Shown here piece by piece: positions 1 to 10,517 of a DNA stretch of 64,000 bases. The stretch is from Nitrosopumilus sp. (GTDB lineage: Archaea; Thermoproteota; Nitrososphaeria; Nitrososphaerales; Nitrosopumilaceae), in NCBI GenBank assembly GCA_963662625.1, contig OY759726.1, positions 1,024,001 to 1,088,000 on the forward strand, written 5' to 3'. Numbering within the stretch: the first letter of the stretch is position 1; the number at the start of each line of letters is the position of its first letter. The notes under the pieces are model-generated. The model ran no database searches. It was not told the origin of the DNA and saw only the letters and a program-made list of their open reading frames with translations. Made by a program: the position numbers and the translations under genes.

Positions 1-366
1 GCCGGCCGAAAGCGCCGGGGTCACGGCGCCTGTCCTGTAGTCCACCCTGCTCGCGATGGTGCCGCCCGTGGACAGCAGGAGGATCCTCGGCAGCCCCCTC
101 GCGGGCAGCTCCGCGGCCGCGCCGCCCGCGGGTGCCTCGGCAGCCTTGATCCTCTCGACCGCCCTGATCTTCCCGATCTCAAGCCCCACGTTGTACCCGC
201 TTTCAAGCTTCACCACGACGTGCCCGTCGTCGCCGTGCTCGTACCTGGGCATGACTATGCCGACGTGCGCGATGTCGGCCAGGAACCTCGCCGAGTCGCC
301 CACGGCCACACCGTGCCTCTTCAGGAACTCCAGGGATTCCCCGGCATACCCGCTGTATTCTGACAT
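1..366 (-). CDS. gatD: Glu-tRNA(Gln) amidotransferase subunit D, 5' part (runs off window)
   Basis: Manual translation from ATG at 366: MSEYSGYAGE...MPRYE...HVVVKLESGYNVG...LLSTGGTIASRVDYRTGAV, GatD N-domain plus asparaginase TGGTIAS motif. Confidence 0.93.
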   Translation of the reverse strand, partial: MSEYSGYAGESLEFLKRHGVAVGDSARFLADIAHVGIVMPRYEHGDDGHVVVKLESGYNVGLEIGKIRAVERIKAAEAPAGGAAAELPARGLPRILLLSTGGTIASRVDYRTGAVTPALSAG

Positions 367-398
367 TTACGGGAACTTGGACGGTTATTTTATTAAAA

Positions 399-2585
399 CT
401 ACCTGTAGTAGGATGCCACCAGCTTCTCGCCCATCTTGAGGTCCTTCTGCTCCCTGACCTTCTTTATCGCCTCCTCGAAGTGCTTCATGGCCACCTTGGC
501 GTCCAGCTGCTTCTTCTCGACGTCCTTCACGTCCGGGTGCGAGTCCAGGAACTCGTGGATGACCAGGGAGACGGCCGTGTTCGCGATGGACGCCGTGTCC
601 GCCCCGCTCAGGCCGTCGGTTATCTCGGCCAGCTTGTCAAAGTCCACGCGCCTGGGATCGCCGGCGTCGCTGATCGCGGGGATCTTCGCGGCGTTTATCT
701 TCAGGATGCTCTTGCGGCTCTCCTTGTCGGGCAGCGGGATCTGGATGATCTTGTCGAACCGCCCGGGCCTCAGCAGCGCCGGATCGATCATGTCGGCCCT
801 GTTCGTGGCGGCCAGGACGACCACCCCGTGCATGTTCTCCATGCCGTCGAGCTCCGTGAGCAGCTGGCTTACCACCCTCTCGGTGACCACCGTCTCCCCG
901 CCGGCGCCCCTGATGGGAGCTATCGAGTCTATCTCGTCGAAGAACACGACGCACGGGGACGACTGCCTGGCGCGCTTGAATATCTCCCTGATGCCCCTCT
1001 CGGACTCGCCGACCCACTTTGAAAGCAGTTCCGGCCCCCTCACCGAGACGAAGTTCGCCTCGCTCTGGGTGGCCACCGCCTTTGCTAGCAGCGTCTTGCC
1101 GGTGCCGCTCGGGCCGTGGAGCAGTATGCCCCTCGGCATTCTGTGCCCCAGCTTGTCATACAGCCCGGGGTACTTCATCGGCCATTCCACCGCCTCCTGC
1201 AGCTCGCGCTTGACGTCGTCCAGGCCCCCGACGTCCTCCCACTTTACGTCGGGGTTCTCGATGAACACCTCCCTCATGCCCGACGGCGTCACCTCGATCA
1301 GGGCCTTTTGGAAGTCGTCGTGGTTGACCACCAGCTTGTCCAGAGTCTCCGGCGGTATCTTCTCCTCCTCCAGGTTGAGCACCGGCAGCAGCCTCCTGAG
1401 GCACTTCATCGCGGCCTCCTTGCAGAGGTACTCCAGGTCCGCCCCGACGTACCCGTGGCTCACGCTGGATATCTTGTCGGCGTCCACGTCCTCGTGCAGG
1501 GGCATGTTCCTGCTGTGTATCGCAAGTATGTCCTTCCTCCCCTTCTTGTCGGGAACCTTGATCTCGATCTCCCTGTCAAACCGCCCGGGCCTCCTCAGGG
1601 CGGGGTCTATCGCGTTTGGCCTGTTGGTGGCCGATATCACTATGACCTTGCCCCTCGCCTCCAGGCCGTCCATCAGCGACAGCATCTGGGAGACCACCCG
1701 GCGTTCCACCTCGCCTGTCACCTCCTCGCGCTTTGGGGCGATCGAGTCTATCTCGTCCACGAATATTATCGACGGGGCCTTCTCCTTTGCCTCCTTGAAT
1801 ATCTCCCTCAGCCTGGCCTCGCTCTCCCCGTAGAACTTGCTCATTATCTCGGGCCCGGATATGCTGATAAAGTGGGCGTTGCTCTCGTTTGCGACCGCCT
1901 TTGCGAGCAGCGTCTTGCCGGTCCCCGGCGGCCCGTAAAGCAGGACGCCCTTGGGGGCCTCTATTCCGAGCTTCTCGAAGATCTCGGGGTGCCTCAGCGG
2001 GAGCTCGATCATCTCCCTGACCTTCTTGATCTCGTCGGTAAGCCCGCCGATGTCCTCGTACGTCACCTGCGGGACGCCGCGCAGCGTCTCCCCCTTCTCC
2101 GCTATGTGGAACACCGTCTTCTGCGTGATCAGCACGGCGTCGGCGGCCGGGGTGATCCCTATCACCTGGAACGTGAGCCTTCCCCCGAAGTACGGCACCA
2201 TCACGTTGTCCCCCTTTATCAGCGGAACGCTCTCCAGCGCGTCGGCGAGGTACCTCTCGTCGATCGGCGGTATGGCTTCCAGCGGGGCCACCACCACCTT
2301 CTCCGCGGCCACCGCCTTTATCTTCCTGACCGTGATCGTGTCGCCTATGGCGATCCCCGAGTTGTTCCTGCCAAGCCCGTCGATCCTGATGATCCCCTTT
2401 CCCTCGTCGGACGGGTACAGCGGCAGGCACTTCGCGACGGTCCTCCTCTTGCCCTTGATCTCTATGACGTCCCCCGTCGACGCGTTCAGCGTGTCCATCG
2501 AGTCGTAGTCGATCCTGGCGACCCCCCTGCCGACGTCCCTGGTGTATGCCTCCAGCACCTTGAGGGCCAGGGCGTTTTTGCTCAT
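399..2585 (-). CDS. cdc48: CDC48/VCP family AAA+ ATPase
   Basis: N-domain plus two AAA modules ([20 protein letters not shown], DPALxRPGRFD). Confidence 0.97.
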   Translation of the reverse strand: MSKNALALKVLEAYTRDVGRGVARIDYDSMDTLNASTGDVIEIKGKRRTVAKCLPLYPSDEGKGIIRIDGLGRNNSGIAIGDTITVRKIKAVAAEKVVVAPLEAIPPIDERYLADALESVPLIKGDNVMVPYFGGRLTFQVIGITPAADAVLITQKTVFHIAEKGETLRGVPQVTYEDIGGLTDEIKKVREMIELPLRHPEIFEKLGIEAPKGVLLYGPPGTGKTLLAKAVANESNAHFISISGPEIMSKFYGESEARLREIFKEAKEKAPSIIFVDEIDSIAPKREEVTGEVERRVVSQMLSLMDGLEARGKVIVISATNRPNAIDPALRRPGRFDREIEIKVPDKKGRKDILAIHSRNMPLHEDVDADKISSVSHGYVGADLEYLCKEAAMKCLRRLLPVLNLEEEKIPPETLDKLVVNHDDFQKALIEVTPSGMREVFIENPDVKWEDVGGLDDVKRELQEAVEWPMKYPGLYDKLGHRMPRGILLHGPSGTGKTLLAKAVATQSEANFVSVRGPELLSKWVGESERGIREIFKRARQSSPCVVFFDEIDSIAPIRGAGGETVVTERVVSQLLTELDGMENMHGVVVLAATNRADMIDPALLRPGRFDKIIQIPLPDKESRKSILKINAAKIPAISDAGDPRRVDFDKLAEITDGLSGADTASIANTAVSLVIHEFLDSHPDVKDVEKKQLDAKVAMKHFEEAIKKVREQKDLKMGEKLVASYYR

Positions 2586-2869
2586 AATGCAAATCCGTCC
2601 GCCTAATTTTTATATCTTTGTTAGTTTTTATCCTGTTGCTCAATCCCCCCATGATCGCAAAAACGCGGCGGATCTCGTGCCTGGGGGCGCCTCTTTCTGC
2701 CCGCGGCGGCGCGCCTGCTGCCGCTCGCCCTGCCCGGACGGGCCCGTCCCGCGCGTAGCCGCAGGCATGGGCCGCCCCCGGGCGCGGCGCGCGGCCCGCG
2801 GGGGCGGGAGCTTGCAGCGCCCCTGCCAAAACAAAGCTTAAAATCATCAGTGGGCACGAGACGATCTAC

Positions 2870-3604
2870 TTGGGCAAGAGACCATTAGTGAGGAGACGGG
2901 GCCGCGGAGGAAACCAGTTTAGGGCCGCGTCCACGGGAAAGGTGGGCAGCAAGGCAAGGTACCCGCGGTTTTCCCTGTCGGAGCAGCATGACGGCGCGGT
3001 GATCGACCTGGTGCACGAGCGCGGCAGGGACGCGCCGCTGGCCAAGGTAAGGTTCGAGGACGGCTCCGTGTCGTTCGTACCTGCGGTGCTCGGAACGAAG
3101 GTGGGCGCCGTGCTCCAGTTCGGGCTAAAGTCGCAGATCGAGCCGGGCAACGTCATCAGCGTGCAGAACATCCCGGACGGGACCATAGTCTGCAACGTGG
3201 AAAAGCACTTCGGCGACGGCGGCGCAATCGTAAAGTCCGCCGGCACCAACGCGACGATATTCTCCCACGGCGACGAGGGCGTCACGCTAAAGCTGCCGTC
3301 CGGCAAGTTCGCCACCCTGAACCCCAAAAACAGGGCGATGATCGGGACGCTGGCCGGCGGAGGCGCCGGCGAGAGGCCCTTCATGAGCGCCGGCAACAAG
3401 TGGCGCAGCTTTTCGGCCAAGGGCAGGAAGTACCCGATCGTCCGGGGAGTGGCCCAGGCGGCATACGTGCACCCGCACGGCGGCGGAAGGCACCAGCACG
3501 TCGGCCAGAGCTCCACCGTCTCGCGCAACGCCCCGCCCGGAGCCAAGGTGGGCAGCATAGCGGCAAGAAAGACGGGCAGGGCCAGGATCAAGGAGAGGAA
3601 ATAG
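2870..3604 (+). CDS. rpl2: 50S ribosomal protein uL2
   Basis: HERGRDAPLA, LPSG, VRGVA, HPHGGGRHQH motifs; TTG start. Confidence 0.97.
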   Translation: MGKRPLVRRRGRGGNQFRAASTGKVGSKARYPRFSLSEQHDGAVIDLVHERGRDAPLAKVRFEDGSVSFVPAVLGTKVGAVLQFGLKSQIEPGNVISVQNIPDGTIVCNVEKHFGDGGAIVKSAGTNATIFSHGDEGVTLKLPSGKFATLNPKNRAMIGTLAGGGAGERPFMSAGNKWRSFSAKGRKYPIVRGVAQAAYVHPHGGGRHQHVGQSSTVSRNAPPGAKVGSIAARKTGRARIKERK

Positions 3605-3686
3605 CCCGGCGCCATCGGCTCCCTGGCGGCAGCCGACACGCGCCACGGCCAAACTTGATTAATGGCCGATTGGAACCAGACTCTGC

Positions 3687-3965
3687 ATGGCAAGCCAACG
3701 GGTGCGCATATTCGTCACCGGGAAGGTCCAGGGGGTGTTCTTCCGCCAGGCAATGAAGGTGACTGCCAAAAAGAACGGCGTCTCCGGCTGGGTGAGGAAC
3801 CTGCAGGACGGCAGGGTCGAGGCGGTCGTCGAGGGGGACGAGAGGGACGTGTGCAGGATGATAGAGTGGTCCCACGCCGGGCCCGCCAACGCGAGGGTGG
3901 AGGACGTCGAGATCCAAAACGAGGAATTCTCCGGCGGGTTTTCAGAATTCGACGTCCTATACTGA
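3687..3965 (+). CDS. acyP: Acylphosphatase
   Basis: GKVQGVFFR and GWVRNLxDGRVE signatures. Confidence 0.95.
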   Translation: MASQRVRIFVTGKVQGVFFRQAMKVTAKKNGVSGWVRNLQDGRVEAVVEGDERDVCRMIEWSHAGPANARVEDVEIQNEEFSGGFSEFDVLY

Positions 3966-4000
3966 CGCGGCCCGGACGGCCGCGCCGTGGCAAATTGTGA

Positions 4001-4316
4001 GGCAGTAGCCCCGCCGGTTCCGGTCCGGACAGATGGCCCCGTTTCGAGGCGCACAAGATCCGCCACGTTGACGGGGAAGCGTGGATGTTCCGCCTTAGGA
4101 CTGCTCCCTCCCGGACCTCGTCCCTTTCGACGGTTCGGGCCTCGAAGCCGTCCCTTCGGACGATTCTGGCCCTGCAACCACCCGCCCCGGCGTGATTTCA
4201 TTTCCGCACGCCAGGCGGGAACCACCCGCCCGGAGATTTACCCGACGGTTGCTGATCTCTGCATGTAGCCGGTTTCAGAATGGGGCACGGCTGGCACCCC
4301 GATCCTGCCTACTGCC
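4001..4316 (-). ncRNA. ffs: Archaeal SRP (7S) RNA
   Basis: 316-nt intergenic RNA; ends pair (GGCAGTAG / CTACTGCC); helix-8 motif GAGGTCCGGGAGGGAGCAG; TATA-like box about 25 nt upstream. Confidence 0.9.
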
Positions 4317-4348
4317 GCATTTCCTACGGAACCCGCGTTATATGTGCA

Positions 4349-5263
4349 TTAGGTTTGCCCCCGCCGCAGATCCGCGATGATGCCGCACACCGAGCACACG
4401 TCCCCCGTGCACCCGCTGCCGCACCTGCTGCACAGGTACCTTTCCTTGCCCCCGTCCTTCTTTACTGCCTGGGAGACCCTGAGGACCGACCTGTACAGGC
4501 TGTTCTTGATCCCGCTGTGCCTGCCCTCCAGGGAGTTCAGGAACTCTCGGATCTCCCCCCTGATCCCCTCGTCCATGTGCGGGCACGGCTCGGACTGGAA
4601 CGGGATGCCGTTGGTAAACGCGTAAAACACGATCTCCTCCTCGTAGATCTCGCAGAACGGCTTGATCTTCCTCACGTCGTTTGACGACGTGTCGGGATCC
4701 ATCCACCCTATCTTGCCGGTGTCCCCCGACAGCATGTTTATCACGAACGTCTGCAGCGTGTCGTCCAGGTTGTGCCCGGTCGCCACGGCGTCGGCCCCGA
4801 TGTCCGCCGCCGCGCGGTCCATCGCCCTCCTCCTCAGCGTGCCGCATATGGAGCAAGACGAGATCCTCCGGCTGCCCCTCAGCCCCAGCGCCTCGTCCAG
4901 CGTCATGTCGAACAGGTCCCTGTACGAGAACACCTCGTGTTCCACCCCGAGCCTGCCGCAAAAGTCCCCGACCAGCCCCAGCGCCTCGTCCCTGTACCCA
5001 GGGATGCCCTCGTCGATCGTGATTGCCTTGATCCTGAAGTTGTGCGCGCCGGCCATCTGCCCCATGACGTCTAGCAGCGCCAGCGAGTCCTTCCCGCCCG
5101 ACACGGCCACCGCCACCAGCTCGCCGTTGCCGATCATGCTGTGCCTCGAGATGGTCTTTGCCGCCTTCCGGACGATCGAGCTTGAAAAGCACCCCCCGCA
5201 CAGCCTCTCGCCGGAGTACCTGCGGGCGTACGCCGCCGGGCCCTCGCACCTGTCGCACTTCAT
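4349..5263 (-). CDS. tRNA 2-thiolation protein, Ncs6/TtuA (TIGR00269) family
   Basis: SGGKDS PP-loop, CSIC, TGHNLDD, terminal CxxC zinc fingers. Confidence 0.9.
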   Translation of the reverse strand: MKCDRCEGPAAYARRYSGERLCGGCFSSSIVRKAAKTISRHSMIGNGELVAVAVSGGKDSLALLDVMGQMAGAHNFRIKAITIDEGIPGYRDEALGLVGDFCGRLGVEHEVFSYRDLFDMTLDEALGLRGSRRISSCSICGTLRRRAMDRAAADIGADAVATGHNLDDTLQTFVINMLSGDTGKIGWMDPDTSSNDVRKIKPFCEIYEEEIVFYAFTNGIPFQSEPCPHMDEGIRGEIREFLNSLEGRHSGIKNSLYRSVLRVSQAVKKDGGKERYLCSRCGSGCTGDVCSVCGIIADLRRGQT

Positions 5264-5296
5264 GGAGGTGCCTGCGTTTTTTTCACTAATGACTCT

Positions 5297-6496
5297 TTAG
5301 ATGGTGAACCATCCCGACTTTACGTACGACAGCGCGATGTTGAGCCCGAACAGCACGAACGTGAAGGCGTAGATCCCCCACATCGTCCTCTGCACCGCGT
5401 CCTCCGAGATCTTCTCGTCTATGATGGAATGGATGAACTTGCCCCCGTCCAGGATGGGCAGCGGCAGCATGTTGATGATCCCGATGAAGAACGAGATCAT
5501 CCAGAGCCACAGCAGGAACACGGACAGGTTGTGGTCGTTCCACTCGATAAAGTCCAGGACTGGCTTGTACATGGCGTTGTCCCGCATGATCCCGATCATC
5601 CCACGCTCGGGGTCGTCGGGTGAGGGCGTGATCTCCACCGCAAAGTCGAGCTGCTGCCCGCCCCTCAGCACGGAGACGTCCGCAACGTCCCCCGGCGCTA
5701 TGCCCGCCCGCTGGAAGTCAAGCGCCGTGTGGACGGGCACCCCGTTGACCGAGGTGATGACGTCGTTGGCCAGCAGCCCGGCCCTCTCAGCGCCGCCGCC
5801 CTCTATGATCGAGACGACCAGGACGCCGTCCGGCGCGTCGTAAAAGGCGCCGAGTATCGGCTCGGGCAGGATCACCGCGAACAGCGGGTTGGTCAGGAGT
5901 ATGGCCCCCAGCACGAACGCGAATAGCACGTTTGAGGTCGCCCCGGCCCCTATGACCCTGAGCTTCGAGATCTTCCTGGCCTTCTTGAACTCCTCCTCGT
6001 CGGGCTCGACGAACCCGGCGAACATGGCTATGAAGATGGCGAACCCGCCCGTCTTGATCTTGATCTTCTCGAGGGTGGCGACGATCCCGTGCGCGCCCTC
6101 GTGGATCACCAGGACGATCGGTATGGAAAGCAGGAAGTAGGCGATGGATGACGACGACGTCAGCGTTATGCCGGGGATGAGCACCGTCAGCTCCGCAAAG
6201 TCGGTGGGCGTCACGAAGAACGCCGCGACGTTCGAGATCAGGAACCAGAACGCAAAGCCCATCATCCCGAACCCCGCGATCACGCTTACGTCTGCGAAGA
6301 CCCTGATCCCGCGCTTCGTCCTGCCGAGGATCCTCGTCAGCACGCCCTGCACCTGCCGGTTCTTGTACACTATGCTGTACACCTTCAGCTCGAACCCGTG
6401 CCTATCCAGCTTCAGCGCCTTTGCCGCCCCCAGGATAACCACCCAGGCCAACAACACGTAGATTATCGAGTTGTCGGTAATAAAATCAAGTTCCAA
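5297..6496 (-). CDS. Site-2 protease (M50) with PDZ domain
   Basis: HEGAH, NMLPLPILDGG, PDZ-like AERAGL..DVITSVNG, TM helices. Confidence 0.93.
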   Translation of the reverse strand: MELDFITDNSIIYVLLAWVVILGAAKALKLDRHGFELKVYSIVYKNRQVQGVLTRILGRTKRGIRVFADVSVIAGFGMMGFAFWFLISNVAAFFVTPTDFAELTVLIPGITLTSSSSIAYFLLSIPIVLVIHEGAHGIVATLEKIKIKTGGFAIFIAMFAGFVEPDEEEFKKARKISKLRVIGAGATSNVLFAFVLGAILLTNPLFAVILPEPILGAFYDAPDGVLVVSIIEGGGAERAGLLANDVITSVNGVPVHTALDFQRAGIAPGDVADVSVLRGGQQLDFAVEITPSPDDPERGMIGIMRDNAMYKPVLDFIEWNDHNLSVFLLWLWMISFFIGIINMLPLPILDGGKFIHSIIDEKISEDAVQRTMWGIYAFTFVLFGLNIALSYVKSGWFTI

Positions 6497-6540
6497 ACTG
6501 GTTGCTAATTTTTTTAAACTACGGCCATTTATCGGTTACT

Positions 6541-6852
6541 ATGAAGCCGGCCATGATCGTCTCGACTTATCCCGACAGGCGCAGCCTGGCCAGGGTCGCA
6601 GACCAGCTGGTGCGCTCGCGGGTCGCCGCGTGCGTGAACATCTCGAGGACGTCGTCAGTCTACCTGTGGAAGGGGAAGGTCGAGAGCTCGCCGGAGTACG
6701 TCGGGCTGTTCAAGACCACCCAGGAGAACAAGGACGCACTGAAGGAAAAGATCAGGGAGACCCACCCCTACGACGTACCGGAGATAGCCGAGATAGACGT
6801 CGCCTCCGTGAACAGGCCGTACCTGGACTGGCTCGTCGAGTCCACGTCCTAG
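6541..6852 (+). CDS. cutA: Divalent-cation tolerance protein CutA
   Basis: AACVNI, SVYLWKGKVE, HPYDVPEI. Confidence 0.93.
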   Translation: MKPAMIVSTYPDRRSLARVADQLVRSRVAACVNISRTSSVYLWKGKVESSPEYVGLFKTTQENKDALKEKIRETHPYDVPEIAEIDVASVNRPYLDWLVESTS

Positions 6853-7892
6853 GCGTCCAGGGCATAGCGCAGCAGGGACACGATGCCGCCCAGCCCGGTC
6901 ACCCTCAGGCCAAGATCCGTCGTCGAGTCCACGCCGAACGTCTGCGCGCCCTTGCCCTCCGCGCTGTTCAGCAGCCCGATCACCGCGTCCTCGTCATGCG
7001 ACTGGATGGCCCTGTCGGAGAACACCAGCAGCCTGACCGCGCCCAACCCGTCTGCCCTCCGCGTCTCCTCCAGCCCCATGGTGAACTTCCTGCTCTTCCT
7101 GCTCGCAAGCACCATCACCTCGTCGATTATGGACGAGACCCTTGCAAGCTTGCTCTCCGACATTATCTCCCTCATCACCTGCGACTTTGTGAAGGTGTAG
7201 ATGCCGTCCTCGCCGCCGGAGTCTATCCCCTCTGCCACCCGCACGCTGTACCCGCCCCTCGCCTGCAGGAAGTTGGCAAACTTCCTCTTCGTCTCCCCCG
7301 GGCCGAACACCACCACCGGGCACTCCCCCCCGCCCGCGGTGTCCAGCGCCCGCCGGGCCCGCTCGAAGAACTTCCCGATGTCAAAGGAGGTCTTGTACCT
7401 CTTCCCGCCGGCGCCCGAGTAGATGTTGGGGGAAAGCTCCACGTGGGTCCCCTTCAGACTCGCCACCCCGCAGTCCGACGTGTCTATCGCGACCAGGACG
7501 AAGCCGGCGTGGCCGCCGCCGGATCTGAGCAGCCTCCTCTCCACGCCGGACCACCTCTTCTTCGAGATCGTGAACCCCTCGTTGATCCTCAGCGTGAGCG
7601 CGTGGTGCGACCCGTGCGGGACGGACTCGTTGTTTGACTCCAGGATGGTCCCCGACACGCGCAGCCTGTCAAGCGCGTCGTCCAGGGAGACCCTCTCGGC
7701 CGCGAGCGCGACGCGTATCCTGACCCTCTCGCCCTTGCCGGGCCTCGCGTACTCCCTGTCCAGCTTGATCGTCCTGTAGGTGTCCCCCGTCACCCTGTCG
7801 CCCGGCTTTATCACCCGCCGGAGGCTCAGCATGTCGTCCGGGTCCTCGGCGATCACGGATACGGCGTTCTCGTCGACGTGCCTCTTGATCAC
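6849..7892 (-). CDS. pelA: mRNA surveillance protein Pelota
   Basis: DRLRVSGTI, GSHH, GPG, GLGGIVSLLRY; eRF1-like domains. Confidence 0.92.
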   Translation of the reverse strand: MIKRHVDENAVSVIAEDPDDMLSLRRVIKPGDRVTGDTYRTIKLDREYARPGKGERVRIRVALAAERVSLDDALDRLRVSGTILESNNESVPHGSHHALTLRINEGFTISKKRWSGVERRLLRSGGGHAGFVLVAIDTSDCGVASLKGTHVELSPNIYSGAGGKRYKTSFDIGKFFERARRALDTAGGGECPVVVFGPGETKRKFANFLQARGGYSVRVAEGIDSGGEDGIYTFTKSQVMREIMSESKLARVSSIIDEVMVLASRKSRKFTMGLEETRRADGLGAVRLLVFSDRAIQSHDEDAVIGLLNSAEGKGAQTFGVDSTTDLGLRVTGLGGIVSLLRYALDA

Positions 7893-7924
7893 GGTGCATC
7901 ACCCGGGCGCGGAAGGAAAGGGGG

Positions 7925-8332
7925 CTAGCCTGCCTTGCCCGGCAGCCCCGCCTTCTTCTTCATGTAGTTCTCCACCCAGTCAAGCGTCAGGACCCCCGCC
8001 TCGGCCAGGTTGGTCAGGGAGTTTGACGACGCCTCCCCCGTAACCTTGCCGTTGTTCCTCCTGATCTGGCGCCACTTGAGCGACGTATTGCCGCTCTTGG
8101 AGTTGTATATTATCCCGAGCACGTCCCTCGCGTTGACGAACGTGATGTCCCGGATCTTCTTCAGCGTAACCTTGTCGGCGGCCTCCACGTATATGGAACC
8201 CAGGCCGTCCTCCCTTTCCGCGAACACCTCGAAGTCGCTCAGGTAGCTCCTCGGGGCGTACGACCTGCACGTGCTCCCTATTATGAACCTCCTGAAGTTC
8301 TCCAGCGATGCCGGGACGTCTATGGCGACCAT
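7925..8332 (-). CDS. Conserved hypothetical protein
   Basis: 135-aa ORF with host-like codon usage filling the intergenic space. Confidence 0.75.
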   Translation of the reverse strand: MVAIDVPASLENFRRFIIGSTCRSYAPRSYLSDFEVFAEREDGLGSIYVEAADKVTLKKIRDITFVNARDVLGIIYNSKSGNTSLKWRQIRRNNGKVTGEASSNSLTNLAEAGVLTLDWVENYMKKKAGLPGKAG

Positions 8333-8407
8333 TCCTAATGGATGGATAACATGCCATTTATCAAGCTTCTTGAAAGACTCAATAGGCCGCCCGGGGATAC
8401 TGACTCG

Positions 8408-8465
8408 CGGGCGGTGATGAACCTATCCCTATGAGCGGTGATGAGGATCTTGAGTTCTGAGCCTG
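8408..8465 (+). ncRNA. Box C/D methylation-guide sRNA
   Basis: C box GTGATGA 8414-8420, D' ATGA 8431-8434, C' GTGATGA 8438-8444, D CTGA 8457-8460; 10- and 12-nt guides; terminal stem CGGGC/GCCTG. Confidence 0.82.
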
Positions 8466-8504
8466 TGCCCAGAACTTTTATGGCGCGCCGCCGCACCGGT
8501 CGCC

Positions 8505-8924
8505 ATGAAGTCCCTCACCGAGTACCTCACCTTCGAAGTCGGGTCCAGGCGCGCGTTCGTCAACATCACCCCGGCCGTGGGAAGGCTGGTCGAGAAGAGC
8601 CGGGTGCGGGAGGGATTGTGCCTCGTCAACGCGATGCACATCACGGCCAGCGTGTTCGTCAACGACGACGAGGCCGGGCTCCACAGCGACTACGAGCGGT
8701 GGCTGGAGGGCCTCGCCCCGCACGAGCCAGTCGGGCAGTACGATCACAACAAGACCGGCGAGGACAACGCTGACGCCCACCTGAAGAGGCAGGTCATGGG
8801 CCGCGAGGCGGTAATCGCCATCACCGGCGGCCGGCTGGACTTTGGCCCCTGGGAGCAGATCTTCTACGGCGAGTTTGACGGCAGAAGGCCCAAGCGGGTC
8901 CTGGTCAAGATCATCGGCGAGTGA
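8505..8924 (+). CDS. yjbQ: YjbQ/UPF0047 family protein
   Basis: [30 protein letters not shown]. Confidence 0.92.
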   Translation: MKSLTEYLTFEVGSRRAFVNITPAVGRLVEKSRVREGLCLVNAMHITASVFVNDDEAGLHSDYERWLEGLAPHEPVGQYDHNKTGEDNADAHLKRQVMGREAVIAITGGRLDFGPWEQIFYGEFDGRRPKRVLVKIIGE

Positions 8925-8927
8925 CGC

Positions 8928-9092
8928 TCAGCCAAAGTCCGCGTCGCGCTTCTGGCCCTGAGCCTCGTTCTTTCTCGCGGCGGCCCTGAACTCGTCGTCG
9001 TGGTTCTGCGGGCCGTGGCCGCACTCCGTGCACGCGACCTTGTAGCCGTTGGCGTCCCTCCGGTAGGACTCGCACCCGCAGAAGCACGCCAT
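8928..9092 (-). CDS. 54-aa Cys/His-rich putative zinc-binding microprotein
   Basis: Manual translation MACFCGCESY...ACTECGHGPQNH...DFG*; below ORF-track cutoff; fits between yjbQ and the DtxR-family gene. Confidence 0.7.
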   Translation of the reverse strand: MACFCGCESYRRDANGYKVACTECGHGPQNHDDEFRAAARKNEAQGQKRDADFG

Positions 9093-9114
9093 GGACGTCC
9101 GTGCCCTCCCGGGG

Positions 9115-9603
9115 TTATATCTCTTGGGGCGCCGGATCCCCGGCGCCCTCCTCCCGCGCCTCGGTGCAGCATTCCCCGAGCGGGATGTCGTGGCCGTGGG
9201 GGCACTTCCTCGGGTGTTTCAGCATGGTGCACAGCGCGTCGGTGAACTGCTTGTTCATGTGGTGCTCGATCCCGCACACCATCTCCTCGTCGATCTCCAC
9301 CTTCAGCGCGCTGTCCATCAGGACCTCCAGCAGCCTGCTGTTCCTCATCATGCTGGAACCGATGCTCTCCCCCTCCCCGGTAAGCGCCACCCCGACCTTG
9401 CTGTAGTTCACCAGGTTCTTGCCGTTCAGCTTCTTCAGCATCTGGACGACGCTCGGCTGCCTGACGTTGAGCATCTTCGCTATGGTGCTGATCTTCACGT
9501 CCTCGCCGCGCTCCTTTATGTGCCATATGGCCTTCAGGTACATCTCGACGTGCTCGGCCTCGGCCGTCCCCACGAAAAGGATCTCCTCGCCTTCCCCGCC
9601 CAT
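9115..9603 (-). CDS. DtxR/MntR family metal-dependent transcriptional regulator
   Basis: EMYLKAIW, HTH SVVQMLKKL, IEH, CPHGHDIP. Confidence 0.92.
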   Translation of the reverse strand: MGGEGEEILFVGTAEAEHVEMYLKAIWHIKERGEDVKISTIAKMLNVRQPSVVQMLKKLNGKNLVNYSKVGVALTGEGESIGSSMMRNSRLLEVLMDSALKVEIDEEMVCGIEHHMNKQFTDALCTMLKHPRKCPHGHDIPLGECCTEAREEGAGDPAPQEI

Positions 9604-9605
9604 GC

Positions 9606-10373
9606 CTACTCCTTCCGCGAGTCTTTTAATAAATATTCAAAGTACTGCCTCGCGAACCCGGCCAGCCCGGCGTGGTCGGCCCAGATGGCTACCATGTCTG
9701 CCGACTCCGCGCCGCCCATCTCCGGCCCCAGCAGGATCACGACGTACCTCTTGTCGGAGATTATCCCGCCGCCGAACAGGCCCTTCTTGATCTTCACGGT
9801 GGCCAGCCTCCTTATGGCCGCGAGCGACTCCCCGTCCATCTTGTCCGAGGTCAGCACCGTTATGTCCACGTCCTTGTCGTGCAGCGATCTCAGCTTCGGC
9901 AGGGCCTGCCTCACCAGCTCCTGGCCGACCTCGGGGAGAGCGATCATCACCTCGTTCCTGCACGAGTCCACCATGTCCAGGATCTTCGCGGCTATGTTCG
10001 TAGCCCCCGACAGCACCCATATGTCCGGCCTCTCGCTGGTCCCGCTCTTCTCGTACAGCGGCACCAGCTCCTTGAGGATCACGCCCCTGTCCTGCGCAAA
10101 GTCGCCCTCCATCTTCTGCCGGGTGGTCTCCAGCCCGGTGGCAGGGGACTTGGCAAAGTACTTGGTGGGCCTCGAGTCGTCGGATCCTATCCACCCCTTC
10201 TCCTCGAGCGCCCCGAGCACCTCGTAGATCTTCGAGTAGGGCACGCCCGACTTCTGGCTCAGGTCGGCCGCAGTCATCTCCCCGGACTTTAGCAGCGACG
10301 TGAACGTCCTTATCTCGTAGCTGGTCAGCCCTATCCTCTCCAGGGACTTTCTCGTCTTGTCCGATATGCTCAT
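9606..10373 (-). CDS. TrmB family transcriptional regulator
   Basis: True start MSISDK at 10373; GLTSYE, SGVPYSKIYEVL..LEEKGW. Confidence 0.9.
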   Translation of the reverse strand: MSISDKTRKSLERIGLTSYEIRTFTSLLKSGEMTAADLSQKSGVPYSKIYEVLGALEEKGWIGSDDSRPTKYFAKSPATGLETTRQKMEGDFAQDRGVILKELVPLYEKSGTSERPDIWVLSGATNIAAKILDMVDSCRNEVMIALPEVGQELVRQALPKLRSLHDKDVDITVLTSDKMDGESLAAIRRLATVKIKKGLFGGGIISDKRYVVILLGPEMGGAESADMVAIWADHAGLAGFARQYFEYLLKDSRKE

Positions 10374-10477
10374 CCGATCTAGTCGGCCGGTCTTAGTATT
10401 TAAGCAGGCCGTGGAAGGGGCGCCTCCCCGGGGCGCAGCACGCACGCGTCCTAAATTCCATACGGGGCCAAGTATGA

Positions 10478-10495
10478 AATTTAATATATAGGGTT
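10478..10495. promoter_or_regulatory. AT-rich TATA region of divergent trmB-like/tes promoter
   Basis: AATTTAATATATAGG about 25-35 nt upstream of the tes ATG in GC-rich context. Confidence 0.6.
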
Positions 10496-10517
10496 TTTTG
10501 AAAACGCCCATATAGCA

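Noticed and set aside
2664-2825. GC-rich intergenic stretches as a REP/MITE family (15-bp match to 45672-45686)
   Set aside because: Short matches are expected by chance at this GC content; no consistent unit or TIR.
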